Assembly (NCBI GenBank): GCA_965218095.1
Contig: OZ244587.1
Coordinates: forward strand, 3,840,001-3,904,000
DNA: 64,000 nt
DNA from: Candidatus Poribacteria bacterium
Lineage (GTDB): Bacteria; Poribacteria; WGA-4E; PCPOR2b
Direction: 5' to 3'
Shown: positions 33,440 through 43,844 of the stretch, piece by piece
Position numbering within the stretch: the stretch's first letter is position 1
Layout of the letters: every line of letters begins with the position of its first letter
Made by a program: the position numbers and the translations under genes
The notes under the pieces: model-generated
What the model was told of the DNA's origin: nothing
What the model saw: the letters and a program-made list of their open reading frames with translations, nothing else
Database searches by the model: none

Positions 33440-34326
33440 GTAAGGAGAAGGCCATGTTCAAAATTGGTGTTATCGGTGATGAGGTTTCACAAGACTTTCA
33501 GACAGTGATCAACGTTGCAAAAGAACTCAGTCTCGACTCGATTGAGATTCGATCTGTCTGGGACAAGGCACCGCAGGAGTTAACGGATGGAGATATTGAT
33601 GAAATGAAGCGTATCCTGGACGGGACGGACCTTCAGATCATTGGAATTGCCTCGCCGTTCTTCAAGTGTGACATTGATGACATGGAAGAACGTAAGGCGA
33701 ATCTGGACATCCTGAAGCAGTGCATCAAGCTGGCGAAGGCGTTTGACGCAAACCTGATCCGGACCTTCGTCTTCTGGAAGACGGGTAATGTAGAGAAACG
33801 TTGGGACGAGCTTATCTCCGCCTATGACGAACCGGTACGGATGGCGAATGGGGAAGGAATCACCCTGGGGATGGAAAACGAATCCTCAACTTCACTTTCG
33901 ACGGCTAAGTTGACAGAGCGATTTATCCACGAAATTGATTCGCCCAACGTCCGTGCCATCTGGGACCCGGCAAATGAAGCACATGCAGAAGGCGGAGAGA
34001 CGCCCTACCCCGACGCCTACAATCGACTCAAGCCGCTGATGATTCATGCCCACCTGAAAGACGCGGGCAAAAATCCCGATACTGGTGAGATGGAATCGGT
34101 CCCGGCCGGTGAAGGCGTGATCGATTGGCAGGGACAGCTTCAAGCATTTATCAATGACGACTACGAGGGACACCTCTGCTTGGAGACGCATTGGCGTCCG
34201 GCGCTTAAAATTGACGCAGATCTGCTCAATAAGCCGGGGGGCGATGCATTTTCCGAAGCGGGGGAGGAAGCGTCTCGGATCTGTCTCCAGAACCTGTTTG
34301 GGATGATTGAGAAGCTAAACAAGTAA
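33436..34326 (+). CDS. Sugar phosphate isomerase/epimerase (xylose isomerase-like TIM barrel)
   Basis: MENE, WDPAN, HLKD, GEGVIDW, LETH. Confidence 0.9.
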   Translation: MSKEKAMFKIGVIGDEVSQDFQTVINVAKELSLDSIEIRSVWDKAPQELTDGDIDEMKRILDGTDLQIIGIASPFFKCDIDDMEERKANLDILKQCIKLAKAFDANLIRTFVFWKTGNVEKRWDELISAYDEPVRMANGEGITLGMENESSTSLSTAKLTERFIHEIDSPNVRAIWDPANEAHAEGGETPYPDAYNRLKPLMIHAHLKDAGKNPDTGEMESVPAGEGVIDWQGQLQAFINDDYEGHLCLETHWRPALKIDADLLNKPGGDAFSEAGEEASRICLQNLFGMIEKLNK

Positions 34327-34645
34327 AACGTGATGCGTGAAACGTAAACTGTTAAGGGTTTACCTAACTTGACAACGTCATTAATGAAGCGGAATTTGAA
34401 CGATTTTCTATTAATCGCATTGGGTTCTGTGTCGAGCCCGATGTGAGAATGGAAATTGATAACATTCGTGTCTACGTGGAATAGCAGGATTGGTGTGAAA
34501 ACATGAAGAAAGCAAAGTAGGGTGTAAACAAAGAGAAAAAGGCAGAAGTTAGACTTGAAAATATCAATGCAATTTTCCTCAACTATATGTTATTCAATGG
34601 CTCCAACGACTTCTCCGCCGTTACTTTTCAGCCGACTCTCGGTGT

Positions 34646-37600
34646 TTGTTTATGGGGAAACTCCTGACAACGTTGTATTTATTACTCATTGGAATTCTCA
34701 ACCCCGCGCTTTATGCAGCAGACAACGCCAATTCCGACAAAAGTCCGACGAACGACCTCCAACTTCCTGCCCTCTCCCTTCTGCAAAAAACCGAGGTCAG
34801 CCGATTCAAAGACTTGCCCGACCCTTTCGCCCTGAAGCATTGGCCCCTCGTCCACGAAAGCGAACAGATCACAATCAACGGGGCACGGCTCACTCGAAAC
34901 CTGGATTATCTCACCGACTATCACACCGGAACGATTACCCTCCTGCACGACTATCCTCCCGAAGCCACTCTTCAAATTACCTACCAGACCTTGCCCTTCG
35001 CCATCAAAAAGGAATATAAAAGAGATCTGTTTCAACAAGTTCAGCCGCTGACTGAGGAACCCCCAGGTGAGGTCGAACTTGAACCCCGCGCTGACCTTAC
35101 GCGCCAACAACCGGCAGAAATCCCTCCGCTACAAGTCACAGGAACGCAGACGTTTGGCGTTTCGGTCGGCAGCGGACGTTCTTTGTCACAAGAGCAAGCA
35201 TTGCGAATCAGCGTTGATGGCAAGGTCTCGGAGAACGTAAGCGTTACCGCACTGCTCTCTGATCAAGATCTGCCACTCCAACCCGAAGGCACGACCGAAA
35301 ATATCCAAGAGATTGATCAGAAGCTCATCCGCATTACCAGCCCAAATGTCACAGCAATGCTGGGCGATTTTGAGGGCTCGCTCGGCAACGCCGATATATT
35401 TTTTAACCGCGCTTTAGAAGGTGTGCAGGTCGAGGGAAACTTCAAGTGGGGAAGATTTCATCTCATACCGAGCGCCATCCCAAAAGGTCAATCTGCCAGC
35501 AAGACAATCAGAGGTGAGGAGGGCCGCAGCGAATATCGGATTGATGTCGATGGAGAATTTGTCATCATCAAAGCGGGGACGGAAATTGTCTGGCTCAACG
35601 GTCAACGGATGCAGCGCGGGGCAAACAACGACTATGTGATTCGTGAGTACGGCGACCCGATCATTGAGTTCACGAGCAAACACCTGATTACCAGCAATGA
35701 CATTATCCGCGTCGATTTTGAGTTTATTCCCGAAGAGCTCGCGTATCAGCGAAATCTGCAAGGCGTGAGCGGTCTGCTGAATCTGCCCGGTGGTCGTGCT
35801 ACAATCGGCTTTGGTTATGCTGTTGAATCGGACTTGAATGATCCGGAAAATGCGTTTATCATTCTGGGTGAACAAGACCTTGAAGAACTCCAAAGAAATG
35901 AGTTGGATGCGGACGGCGATGGCAGACCGCTTATCGCCCCACAGCGACGTACCGTATGGGGCATCAACGGGCGTCTCGATCCCGCCGAGAGTCAAGGACC
36001 TCTGCGGTATGCCCCGACCGTAGAAGGACAGATCGCCTTCGGTGCGCTGGATGAGAACACTTTTTCTAATCTCGATGCCAAGGTGCTCAGTCGAGCGTGG
36101 AAACTCCTCGCCAATTCAGCGACTGAAAAACTCCTGTTGAACTTAGAACTCCGCGCCCTTGATGCGGAGTTCGTATCTGTCGGTGCATCAAGCACCAACC
36201 GCACACGCTTCCGCTATGAAGAACAGTATGCTGATGAACAATTCGATGATCTGTATTTATTGGGTGACGCGGGCCCGAGCCAAACCCCTGATGAGAAATC
36301 TGTAGATCTCGACTTACAGGCGAAGCCGTTCAATTGGCTAAGACTCGACTACGGTTTGGGGCGAACGGAGGAGCGTTTTAAGAAATCAGCAAATCAGCAA
36401 GGTCTCGACGGTTTCGATACGTTTGGCGACTCAACCGATTCGACTGGCATCACGTTTCACAGCTCTGTTCCGAGAGTCCGCGAAACGGAGTCCGCTACGC
36501 GAGACCAAGCTCTGCCCCGATCCATTGGGGTTTCACGTCTCAAGCCTGATGACATAACACTTCGTAACAATTTCAGATGGGGATTTGATTTCAATCCACG
36601 GGTGGGGTTAATAAAACGCTCATACCTGCCCCGTCTAAGGGGCGATTACCGAGGAAGCACCTCAAAAGTCAGGGGACAGGACCAATTCCGCAAAGAACGC
36701 AGGCAGGGAAGCCTCTCGCATCGCATCCGTCTCTTCAATCTGAATGCTTCCATCGAACAGTTGGAAGCGATTGATCTAGATCTCGACGATCGCGTGAATC
36801 TGAATCGGCAGCGAAACATTTCGACCGCTCGGATCGATGTTGTGGATTTGCAATGGGCATCAATCAACACACGATATGCTATTGAAGAAGCATTTGATAA
36901 GGAAGCCTTGCTCACCGTTGATGTCAAGACATTAGGCTTCTCGGATTGGCAGCCGGCGACAACAGCGAGGACCTGGACGGTGGGTCTCTTTTCACAACCG
37001 CGTAAGTGGGCAGACATTTCCACAAATATTTCTCGGCGGGTGTTCAAGGTGCAGCAGAGACTCGAATCAGATTCAACGACGCAGTTGGCGGATATTGAAC
37101 TGCGGCTCACACCATTCAATCGTGCGTTGAACGGCCAAATCACTTATGAACTCGATAAAAAGCTGGCGACAGAGCGGCGAGAAATTTATACGAGTTTCAA
37201 TCCGTTTACGGGTCAGGAAATCAAGCCGGGCGAGGGACATTATGTCAAAATCGATGACCTACATTACCAGGAAGATTTCGAGGACGGGAACTATATCAAA
37301 TTCATCCAGAACGTTGATGACAAGCCTGTTTCTGCAATCGATGCCAAGCTGCAACTGCGTTTTCTGCCGCGCCGGCTCATTTCGCGTAGAAGGCGAACCC
37401 GCACATCAGCGACTCGGCGAATGGGCGTTGCGATGCAGATGGAGCCCCGGTCAGATCTGGGTAATCCCAACCTTCAATCGGTACGCGAGCAACTGCACGA
37501 CAAAACTTCAAGCCGCGATTGGGTAGCGTGGCTTGCAAATGCGACTAGACGTGCTGATATTCTAGTGAATATCACAGAGGAGCAGGAAGAACCCGACCCT

Positions 37601-38320
37601 GCTTCCCTCTATCTGTTGCGCAACCTGCGAAACGAACGCACGATTTTCGGACGAATCAACCAGCGGTATCGACTCGACTTTTCCCCTTCGCCGCTATTGA
37701 ACTTAGACCTCGGCTTTGACACCAATCGTCTCCTCAACAAGCGGATTAATAGCCGGGAGCGATGGCGACACAGCCAGGATTGGGAGGTCGCCTTAACACT
37801 GAACCCAACGTTGAAACTTTCATTCAAGGCAAAATGGGAACAGCGTCGGGAAGAGGAAAAGTTTACCGAACTCGATCCGGAGGGGAATACGTCAGAAGCT
37901 ATCTCCGATCTGACGCAGTTTGAGCGCACAAACACGCTCGACTTCAACTACGAGCTAAGCAGCGTTTTACGGTTCGGTGTCGCCGGCAGCCACGAGTTCA
38001 CTGCCGATCTGGAACGCATTGATGACGAACCAGAGGCCCGAACACAAACCTTCTCGCTTGAGAATCGACTGACCTACTCCTCTACTGGCAAAGGGCGAAT
38101 CAACTTCACCTATCGACTCGGCTACGGCAATAGCGAAGGTGGCATTCCTTTCACACGATACAACTTCTACGAGGGGGTCAGCCATGAAGCCCGAGTAACG
38201 GCGGATTACAAAGTTCGGAGGGTGACAGATCTACTGCTGCGATTCAACTACCGATTGCTATCCACGAAACAGAAGAAGCCAGAGCACCGCCTGGGGATGG
38301 AAGTCGTGGCGGAGTTATGA
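34646..38320 (+). CDS. Large (1224 aa) secreted/outer-membrane beta-rich protein
   Basis: Signal peptide; Q.LRISVDGKVSENV.V.ALLSDQDLPLQPEGTTENIQEID and EIVWLNGQRMQRG..NDY motifs of the kind seen in large FCB-group outer-membrane proteins; amphipathic beta C-terminus. Confidence 0.75.
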   Translation: MFMGKLLTTLYLLLIGILNPALYAADNANSDKSPTNDLQLPALSLLQKTEVSRFKDLPDPFALKHWPLVHESEQITINGARLTRNLDYLTDYHTGTITLLHDYPPEATLQITYQTLPFAIKKEYKRDLFQQVQPLTEEPPGEVELEPRADLTRQQPAEIPPLQVTGTQTFGVSVGSGRSLSQEQALRISVDGKVSENVSVTALLSDQDLPLQPEGTTENIQEIDQKLIRITSPNVTAMLGDFEGSLGNADIFFNRALEGVQVEGNFKWGRFHLIPSAIPKGQSASKTIRGEEGRSEYRIDVDGEFVIIKAGTEIVWLNGQRMQRGANNDYVIREYGDPIIEFTSKHLITSNDIIRVDFEFIPEELAYQRNLQGVSGLLNLPGGRATIGFGYAVESDLNDPENAFIILGEQDLEELQRNELDADGDGRPLIAPQRRTVWGINGRLDPAESQGPLRYAPTVEGQIAFGALDENTFSNLDAKVLSRAWKLLANSATEKLLLNLELRALDAEFVSVGASSTNRTRFRYEEQYADEQFDDLYLLGDAGPSQTPDEKSVDLDLQAKPFNWLRLDYGLGRTEERFKKSANQQGLDGFDTFGDSTDSTGITFHSSVPRVRETESATRDQALPRSIGVSRLKPDDITLRNNFRWGFDFNPRVGLIKRSYLPRLRGDYRGSTSKVRGQDQFRKERRQGSLSHRIRLFNLNASIEQLEAIDLDLDDRVNLNRQRNISTARIDVVDLQWASINTRYAIEEAFDKEALLTVDVKTLGFSDWQPATTARTWTVGLFSQPRKWADISTNISRRVFKVQQRLESDSTTQLADIELRLTPFNRALNGQITYELDKKLATERREIYTSFNPFTGQEIKPGEGHYVKIDDLHYQEDFEDGNYIKFIQNVDDKPVSAIDAKLQLRFLPRRLISRRRRTRTSATRRMGVAMQMEPRSDLGNPNLQSVREQLHDKTSSRDWVAWLANATRRADILVNITEEQEEPDPASLYLLRNLRNERTIFGRINQRYRLDFSPSPLLNLDLGFDTNRLLNKRINSRERWRHSQDWEVALTLNPTLKLSFKAKWEQRREEEKFTELDPEGNTSEAISDLTQFERTNTLDFNYELSSVLRFGVAGSHEFTADLERIDDEPEARTQTFSLENRLTYSSTGKGRINFTYRLGYGNSEGGIPFTRYNFYEGVSHEARVTADYKVRRVTDLLLRFNYRLLSTKQKKPEHRLGMEVVAEL

Positions 38321-38349
38321 TTTTTTTGGTGTATTAATCTTTGGTGCTA

Positions 38350-39169
38350 GGTTCTGTTGACATTTGAGTATAAGGTTGTGGCATAATAGAAGAATGACGC
38401 CAATAACCTTACCTGATGAACAATGGAATAAGATATACCGGTTTCTTCTTAGCTGTCCCACCATCTATGTTGGCGACGAAGCTGCTACACGCCGCTTCGT
38501 CGAAGCCGTCCTGTGGGTGACTCGTAGCGGGGCTCAATGGAGACTTCTACCAGACACCTATGGCAAATCGAACACCCGCTACAAGCGGTTTGCTCGATGG
38601 TGCGACAAAGGTATCTTCACACAGATGCACCACCACTTCGCCTCTGACCCCGATATCGAGTCGCTTATTGTGGACAGTACAATCATTCGAGCGCACCCGT
38701 GTGCGGCGGGTGCCGAAAAAAAAAGGGTGGCACTGAAAACCAAGCGTTAGGTCGCTCTCGGGGCGGTTTCAGCACAAAAATTCACATCACCGTTGACGGC
38801 CTGGGTAATCCACTAAGAATACATCTGACCCCCGGTCAAAGAAACGACATAGCGGAAGCAGAAGCGTTGATACTTGGATATAAAAGCGAGTATGTGATTG
38901 GAGACAAGGGATATGACTCCGACAATTTTATCGCGGTTATTGAGGCGAATGGAGCGATTGCGGTGATATCGCCAAAAAGTCATCGTGTGGATCAAAGAGA
39001 TTACGACAAACATCTGTACAAAGAGAGACATCGGGTTGAATGTTTCATTAACAAGATAAAATGGTATCGCCGCATCTTCTCTCGGTTCGAGAAGTTATCT
39101 ATCCGTTATTTTGGATTTCTCAGCTTTGTCTCCACTCTTATATGGCTCCCTTGAAATGTCAACAGAACC
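38350..39169 (+). mobile_element. IS5-family element, copy 5, intact (orfA 38364..38750, orfB to 39154, -1 frameshift at A9GGG)
   Basis: Both TIRs; CTAG context on both sides. Confidence 0.97.
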
Positions 39170-39403
39170 TAGCACCATTAATTATTAGGCTTTCTCAGCA
39201 TCGACTGGTGGCGGTGTAAACAGACCATGTAAATTTTCAACGTGTACAAGCAAAAAGCCCCAGCATCGGTACAACAGTTCGTATCCGTAACAGGGCTTTT
39301 TTGTGCCCCGTGCAATTCCTTTCATCTTGCGTAACGGCACGCAATCTGCTATACTTTCTTCGCAAAAGGCTTCGTAATTGTCAACTAAGAAAGGATGATC
39401 TTT

Positions 39404-40195
39404 ATGAGCCAGATTCCGAAGTATGATATCGGCCAACTCATGCAAGAATGGCAGATCAATGGATTCGTTGTCTTTGAAGACCTCATACGATGGGAGACGA
39501 TTGACCGGATTCGCGAGGCATGGATGCCAATTCGGGATCGCGACATCCAGCGGCAGGGAAAGGATCCGAGCCGAGGTTATCATCGTTATAACGTCCGGGT
39601 GCCATTCGAGCGACCGTTTGTCGATCCGGAGATCTTCGAGCACCTCGCCCTGGTCGAGTTTCTTGAACGGGTGCTGGGGCCGGACTACGTCTGGTCGCAC
39701 TTTGACTCGAACATCCCACTGCCAGGAACAGACTATCAGAAATGGCATCGGGATGGCTATTCCAAAACAATCTCTCCAGGCGTTATGGCGCCGGCTTTCC
39801 AGGTAGGCGTCAAGTTCCCGCTGGTTGACACAAACGAAGAGAATGGGAGTATCGAAATCATTCCAGGGACGCACTACGTTCCCAACAGCGAAGACTTGCT
39901 CACTGATTTGGACGCTGTCTTTGGCGCTGGGGCCAACCGCCGTGGCCGGTATTATCCCATCCGGCTCAACCTCAAGAAAGGCTCGCTCTGGGTGCACGAT
40001 GTACGCATCTGCCATCGCGGCACCCCCAATCGGTCAGATCACGCCCGTGACGAACTGTGTATGGCATGTTGTCGCCCCTGGGTTTTCAACCGGTGGCAGC
40101 ATGAATACACCGAGAAACATTTCCCACGAGATCTCTGGGAAAGCCTGTCAGAACACGCCCGGCAAGTGCTGCGATGGTACCGCGTGAAAGATTAA
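39404..40195 (+). CDS. Phytanoyl-CoA dioxygenase (PhyH) family Fe(II)/2OG enzyme
   Basis: QKWHRD, ENGSIEIIPGTH, HRGTPNRS..R. Confidence 0.92.
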   Translation: MSQIPKYDIGQLMQEWQINGFVVFEDLIRWETIDRIREAWMPIRDRDIQRQGKDPSRGYHRYNVRVPFERPFVDPEIFEHLALVEFLERVLGPDYVWSHFDSNIPLPGTDYQKWHRDGYSKTISPGVMAPAFQVGVKFPLVDTNEENGSIEIIPGTHYVPNSEDLLTDLDAVFGAGANRRGRYYPIRLNLKKGSLWVHDVRICHRGTPNRSDHARDELCMACCRPWVFNRWQHEYTEKHFPRDLWESLSEHARQVLRWYRVKD

Positions 40196-40258
40196 GTATT
40201 GGCTGGTATGATGTGCTATTACACATGCGTGAGAAAATCTGTTCGATTTGGCTTATCG

Positions 40259-40322
40259 AGAAGACGATCCGCGATTTGAGTCCAGGGGTTCAAAAGTTCA
40301 ATGAACCCATGAACGCTTGAAC
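40259..40322. repeat. ~60-bp dispersed repeat with 8-bp GTTCA/TGAAC periodicity
   Basis: Inverted homologue at 54427..54486; related octamer tracts at ~14048..14095 and ~49741..49772. Confidence 0.7.
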
Positions 40323-40418
40323 TTCTGTACTCTTGTAACACTAACTTGCAGTTCCGATGCGGGTTCTCAAAGGTTTAGTGATGGCGCACGTAAACCATCT
40401 TGGAAGGAGATAGATCAA

Positions 40419-41195
40419 ATGCAACATAATGTTGTCAAAGAGAAAGTATTGAGGGGGGAGCCGGCAATCGGCGCAGCACTTGGCTTCCCCTCGCCGGAAC
40501 TGGTCGAAATCTGCGGATTGCTAGGTTTCGAGTGGATCTTTATCGATGCCGAGCATGGGCCGATTGGCTGGGCGGAATGTCAGGCGATGTGCAGAGCCTG
40601 TGATGCGTTCGGCATGTCGTCCATTGTCCGTGTCCCCCAACTTGACCAGGCGCTGATTATGACGTATCTGCAGACGGGACCGCTTGGGGTCGCTGTGCCA
40701 CATATCAACACGGCTGAAGAAGCCGAGGCGGTTGTCCATGCCGCCCGATACGCTCCTGAGGGACGGCGCGGCTGTGATTCGGGTGCCAGATCGTCAGCCT
40801 ACAACCTCATTGAGTCGGAGACTGATTACTTTGCTCGCTCAAATCGGGAGCTCCTGGTGGCGATATGGGTTGAAGAAGTAGAGGCTATGAGGAACCTGGA
40901 CGAAATCCTCCAGGTTCCGGGGGTTGACGCGATCAATGTTGCATCCGGTGACCTTGCCCTGTCAATGGGGCTTCCCGGGGGCTCGGATCACCCGGACGTT
41001 CAGGCAGTTGTGGCCGAAGCGCGACAGAAGGTGTTGGCTGCGGGAAAGGTCTTAATCGGCGAACCGTCCGATGCGGCCTCGGCGAAGCAAATGATAGCTG
41101 ATGGCATTCTGCTCATTTCAAGTTACATGCAGGGGATGTGGATCAATGCCGCCCATGCTTACCTCAGCGAGTTGAAAGAAAAAGGGAACAGTTAA
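40419..41195 (+). CDS. HpcH/HpaI aldolase family protein
   Basis: FIDAEHG, VPHINTAEEA, YAPEGRRG, GDLALSMG. Confidence 0.93.
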   Translation: MQHNVVKEKVLRGEPAIGAALGFPSPELVEICGLLGFEWIFIDAEHGPIGWAECQAMCRACDAFGMSSIVRVPQLDQALIMTYLQTGPLGVAVPHINTAEEAEAVVHAARYAPEGRRGCDSGARSSAYNLIESETDYFARSNRELLVAIWVEEVEAMRNLDEILQVPGVDAINVASGDLALSMGLPGGSDHPDVQAVVAEARQKVLAAGKVLIGEPSDAASAKQMIADGILLISSYMQGMWINAAHAYLSELKEKGNS

Positions 41196-41225
41196 TGTCG
41201 ACACATAACATTTGAGGAGGGCTCA

Positions 41226-42020
41226 ATGGCATCTTCTTTGCCCAACTATGACCTCGATCTGAAACTTGCTGAATTCAAGATCAACGGTTACAGTATCTTT
41301 GATGATTTGATGCCTGGTGAGAAGATCGATCGAATCCGCGAGGCTTTTATGCCGCTTTTGGAAACCGTCAGGGCGCGCAACGACCACACAGCGTCCGGCG
41401 ACCGCCGCACAGGAGAAGGTCGCCTACAGTACGCCAATCGTTACACCGTGGAGGTGCCCTGGAAGCCGCTGTTCTCCGATCCGGAAATCTACGAGAATCC
41501 GGTTCTGCTTGAGTTTCTCGACCGGTATTGGGGCGCAAGCGACTATCTCATCACCGCGTATTCTTCAAACACGCCGTATCCCGGCAGCGAATATCAGCGA
41601 TGGCATCGAGATACGCCGCTTATTGCCCCACAGGTCGGTCTGCAGGTTTTCCCGATTACTGCTATCAAGTTCCCACTGGTTAATACCTCTGAAGCAAATG
41701 GTAGCTTTGAAGTTTTGCCCAGCACCCAATACATCGCTGACCCTGAGTTGGAGACGCGCTATGATAAGATATTGGAGACAGGAGAATTCCTCACTAAGCA
41801 CCGGCTCAACATGAAGAAAGGTACGTTTTGGCTTCAGGACATACGTACGGTGCATCGCGGAACGCCTAACCGCTCGGATTACCCAAGGCCAGAGTTGGTG
41901 ATTGTTGTTAATCGCCCATGGCACACCCAGCGCAGGCATATCGAAATGACGCAGGTGGAATTCGACAAACTCTCTGAGCGAGGCAAGCAGATGCTCGCCA
42001 GGTGCCGGATACTTGGATAA
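41226..42020 (+). CDS. PhyH family dioxygenase, paralogue of 39404..40195
   Basis: QRWHRD, NGSFEVLPSTQ, HRGTPNRS..R. Confidence 0.92.
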   Translation: MASSLPNYDLDLKLAEFKINGYSIFDDLMPGEKIDRIREAFMPLLETVRARNDHTASGDRRTGEGRLQYANRYTVEVPWKPLFSDPEIYENPVLLEFLDRYWGASDYLITAYSSNTPYPGSEYQRWHRDTPLIAPQVGLQVFPITAIKFPLVNTSEANGSFEVLPSTQYIADPELETRYDKILETGEFLTKHRLNMKKGTFWLQDIRTVHRGTPNRSDYPRPELVIVVNRPWHTQRRHIEMTQVEFDKLSERGKQMLARCRILG

Positions 42021-42107
42021 AGGCGAGATTTTTGGATCGACACGAAACCCAATTCCTCCACACATATGAATGTGGCGGCTTCCTCGGAAAAGAACGTGAG
42101 CGTTGAG

Positions 42108-42932
42108 ATGATGAAACTATCACTATCAGGCAGGATCGCAGAAGAAGAACATATCAAAGATGGGACCGCCATCAGCTTTGCGGATCTAGCCCAACTGGCA
42201 AGCGAGATTGGGTTTCAGGCACTCTGTATTAGACCCTCTCAGGTGACAGTGGAAACGCCGGACGAGGAAATCCGGTGTCTGCGACAGATCTTGGACACCT
42301 ATGGCCTTCAGTCCTCGATGGTTTGTCTGCATACCGCTATCGCTGCCAACATGTCGGAGGCAGGCCAGTCCCTCCGGGATTTTGGCCGAGATATAGACGT
42401 GGCGGAGATGCTGGGTTCTAGGTTAATCCGGATCACTATCAAGACCGAAGCAGATGTGAGCTGGGCGCAGCGGGCAGCCGATCAGGCTCAGGAACGCGGG
42501 ATGCGCCTAGTGCATCTGACCCACACCAACAGCCCGTTTGAAACTATCGAGCAGTGCCTGGAGATGACAGCGCGCATCAACCGGCCCAACTTTGGCCTCA
42601 CCGTCGAGCCTGCTAACCTGCTCTTGTGCCGCTAGGACTACGGGCCAGCAGCCCTACAGCGGCTTGGTCCTCACATATTCAACGTTTACGTACAGAACCT
42701 GCGCCTGGATGAGAAAGGAAGCAAGAGCATTCAAACCAATCGAGGAATCGTCCACTACGAACGCCTCATTGTGGGAGAGGGGGCGGGAATCGATTTCGAG
42801 AGCTTCTTCCAGGGACTGAAGTCCATCAATTATGAGGGGTTCGTGACGAACCACCAACCCTCTAATGAGGAGATGAGTACACGAGAACTTGCTCAATACG
42901 TCTTCGACCATCTTACGAGATTTCTGCATTGA
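42108..42932 (+). pseudogene. Sugar phosphate isomerase/epimerase with one in-frame TAG (42633)
   Basis: Frame continues past TAG as DYGPAALQRLGPHIFNVYVQN...GIDF...YEGFVT. Confidence 0.85.
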
Positions 42933-42992
42933 CACGACCAAACAAAAAGGGTGAACTTCATCTGCACACTTAGAAGTTTGTGAGTAAAGACT

Positions 42993-43622
42993 ATGAAACT
43001 AATAAATGGAGTTGAAGTCCTGACTACAGTAGAGGAATTAGTGAACCCTCTCTACGCGGCAGTACTGGTTATCGACATGCAAAAGGGAATCAATAACTAT
43101 GACAGGGACAGTCTTGTGGCCCAGTCAATTCCTCGTATACAACGGCTGATTGCAGTAGCGCGCAAGAGAAGTATTTTGGTTTGTTACGCCGAGTTTATTC
43201 ACAGTGACGCGAGAGGAACGCCCCTTGTAGATGGTCCCAATCTCTTTTGTCATCGCAATAAACAGAGCGTCGTCTCTTTGAAGGAAGATCAGCCCGAAGC
43301 ACAGACGATAGATGAGCTTGCGCCGCAACATGGCGACTTGATTATTCGGAAAAATCGAGCAAGCGCATTTTCTTACACGTCGTTGGATGCCTATCTCAAA
43401 GCGCGCAACATCAAGAGCCTCATAATCACAGGCGTTTCAACTCGCGGCTGTGTGCTGATGACGGCAGTCGACACCCAAATGCATGGATACTACCCGGTTG
43501 TCCTGAGAGATTGTGTAGCCACAGGCTCAATGCAATGGCAGGAACTTGCACTGACATGGATGGAGAGCGAGATGGCTGTCATTACATCTGAAGAGGTTCT
43601 TTCAAACTGGAATAGTTCCTAG
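42993..43622 (+). CDS. Isochorismatase/cysteine hydrolase family protein
   Basis: LVIDMQ, K.R.SAF, GVSTRGCV. Confidence 0.92.
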   Translation: MKLINGVEVLTTVEELVNPLYAAVLVIDMQKGINNYDRDSLVAQSIPRIQRLIAVARKRSILVCYAEFIHSDARGTPLVDGPNLFCHRNKQSVVSLKEDQPEAQTIDELAPQHGDLIIRKNRASAFSYTSLDAYLKARNIKSLIITGVSTRGCVLMTAVDTQMHGYYPVVLRDCVATGSMQWQELALTWMESEMAVITSEEVLSNWNSS

Positions 43623-43625
43623 AAA

Positions 43626-43705
43626 CCCTTTTGGGTGATGTCACGGATTTTGTGGGTTCAGCCGAACAATATGACGATATGACCGTTGTTGTAGCAAAGA
43701 TAGAA
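43626..43705 (+). pseudogene. C-terminal scrap of a SpoIIE/PP2C phosphatase
   Basis: LLGDVTDFVGSAEQYDDMTVVVAK. Confidence 0.65.
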
Positions 43706-43810
43706 TATACCTTTCCACGAAATAAACCCGATCACTGGCTGTAGGTCGACACACGTTGATGGTCGGTAATGAAATCCCGACCTACAGAAGAAATTCTGTG
43801 GAATGGTATA
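43706..43810. mobile_element. MITE-like element enclosing a GTAG-type REP hairpin
   Basis: Ends TATACCTTTCCAC / GTGGAATGGTATA; internal CTGTAGGTCG...CGACCTACAG. Confidence 0.6.
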
Positions 43811-43844
43811 GGAGTACGAGAACGGTTACGTCAGGAATTTTCTC

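Noticed and set aside
39185-40015. 276-aa minus-strand ORF and many other antisense ORFs in the track
   Set aside because: Shadows of well-supported opposite-strand genes, with no recognisable motifs.
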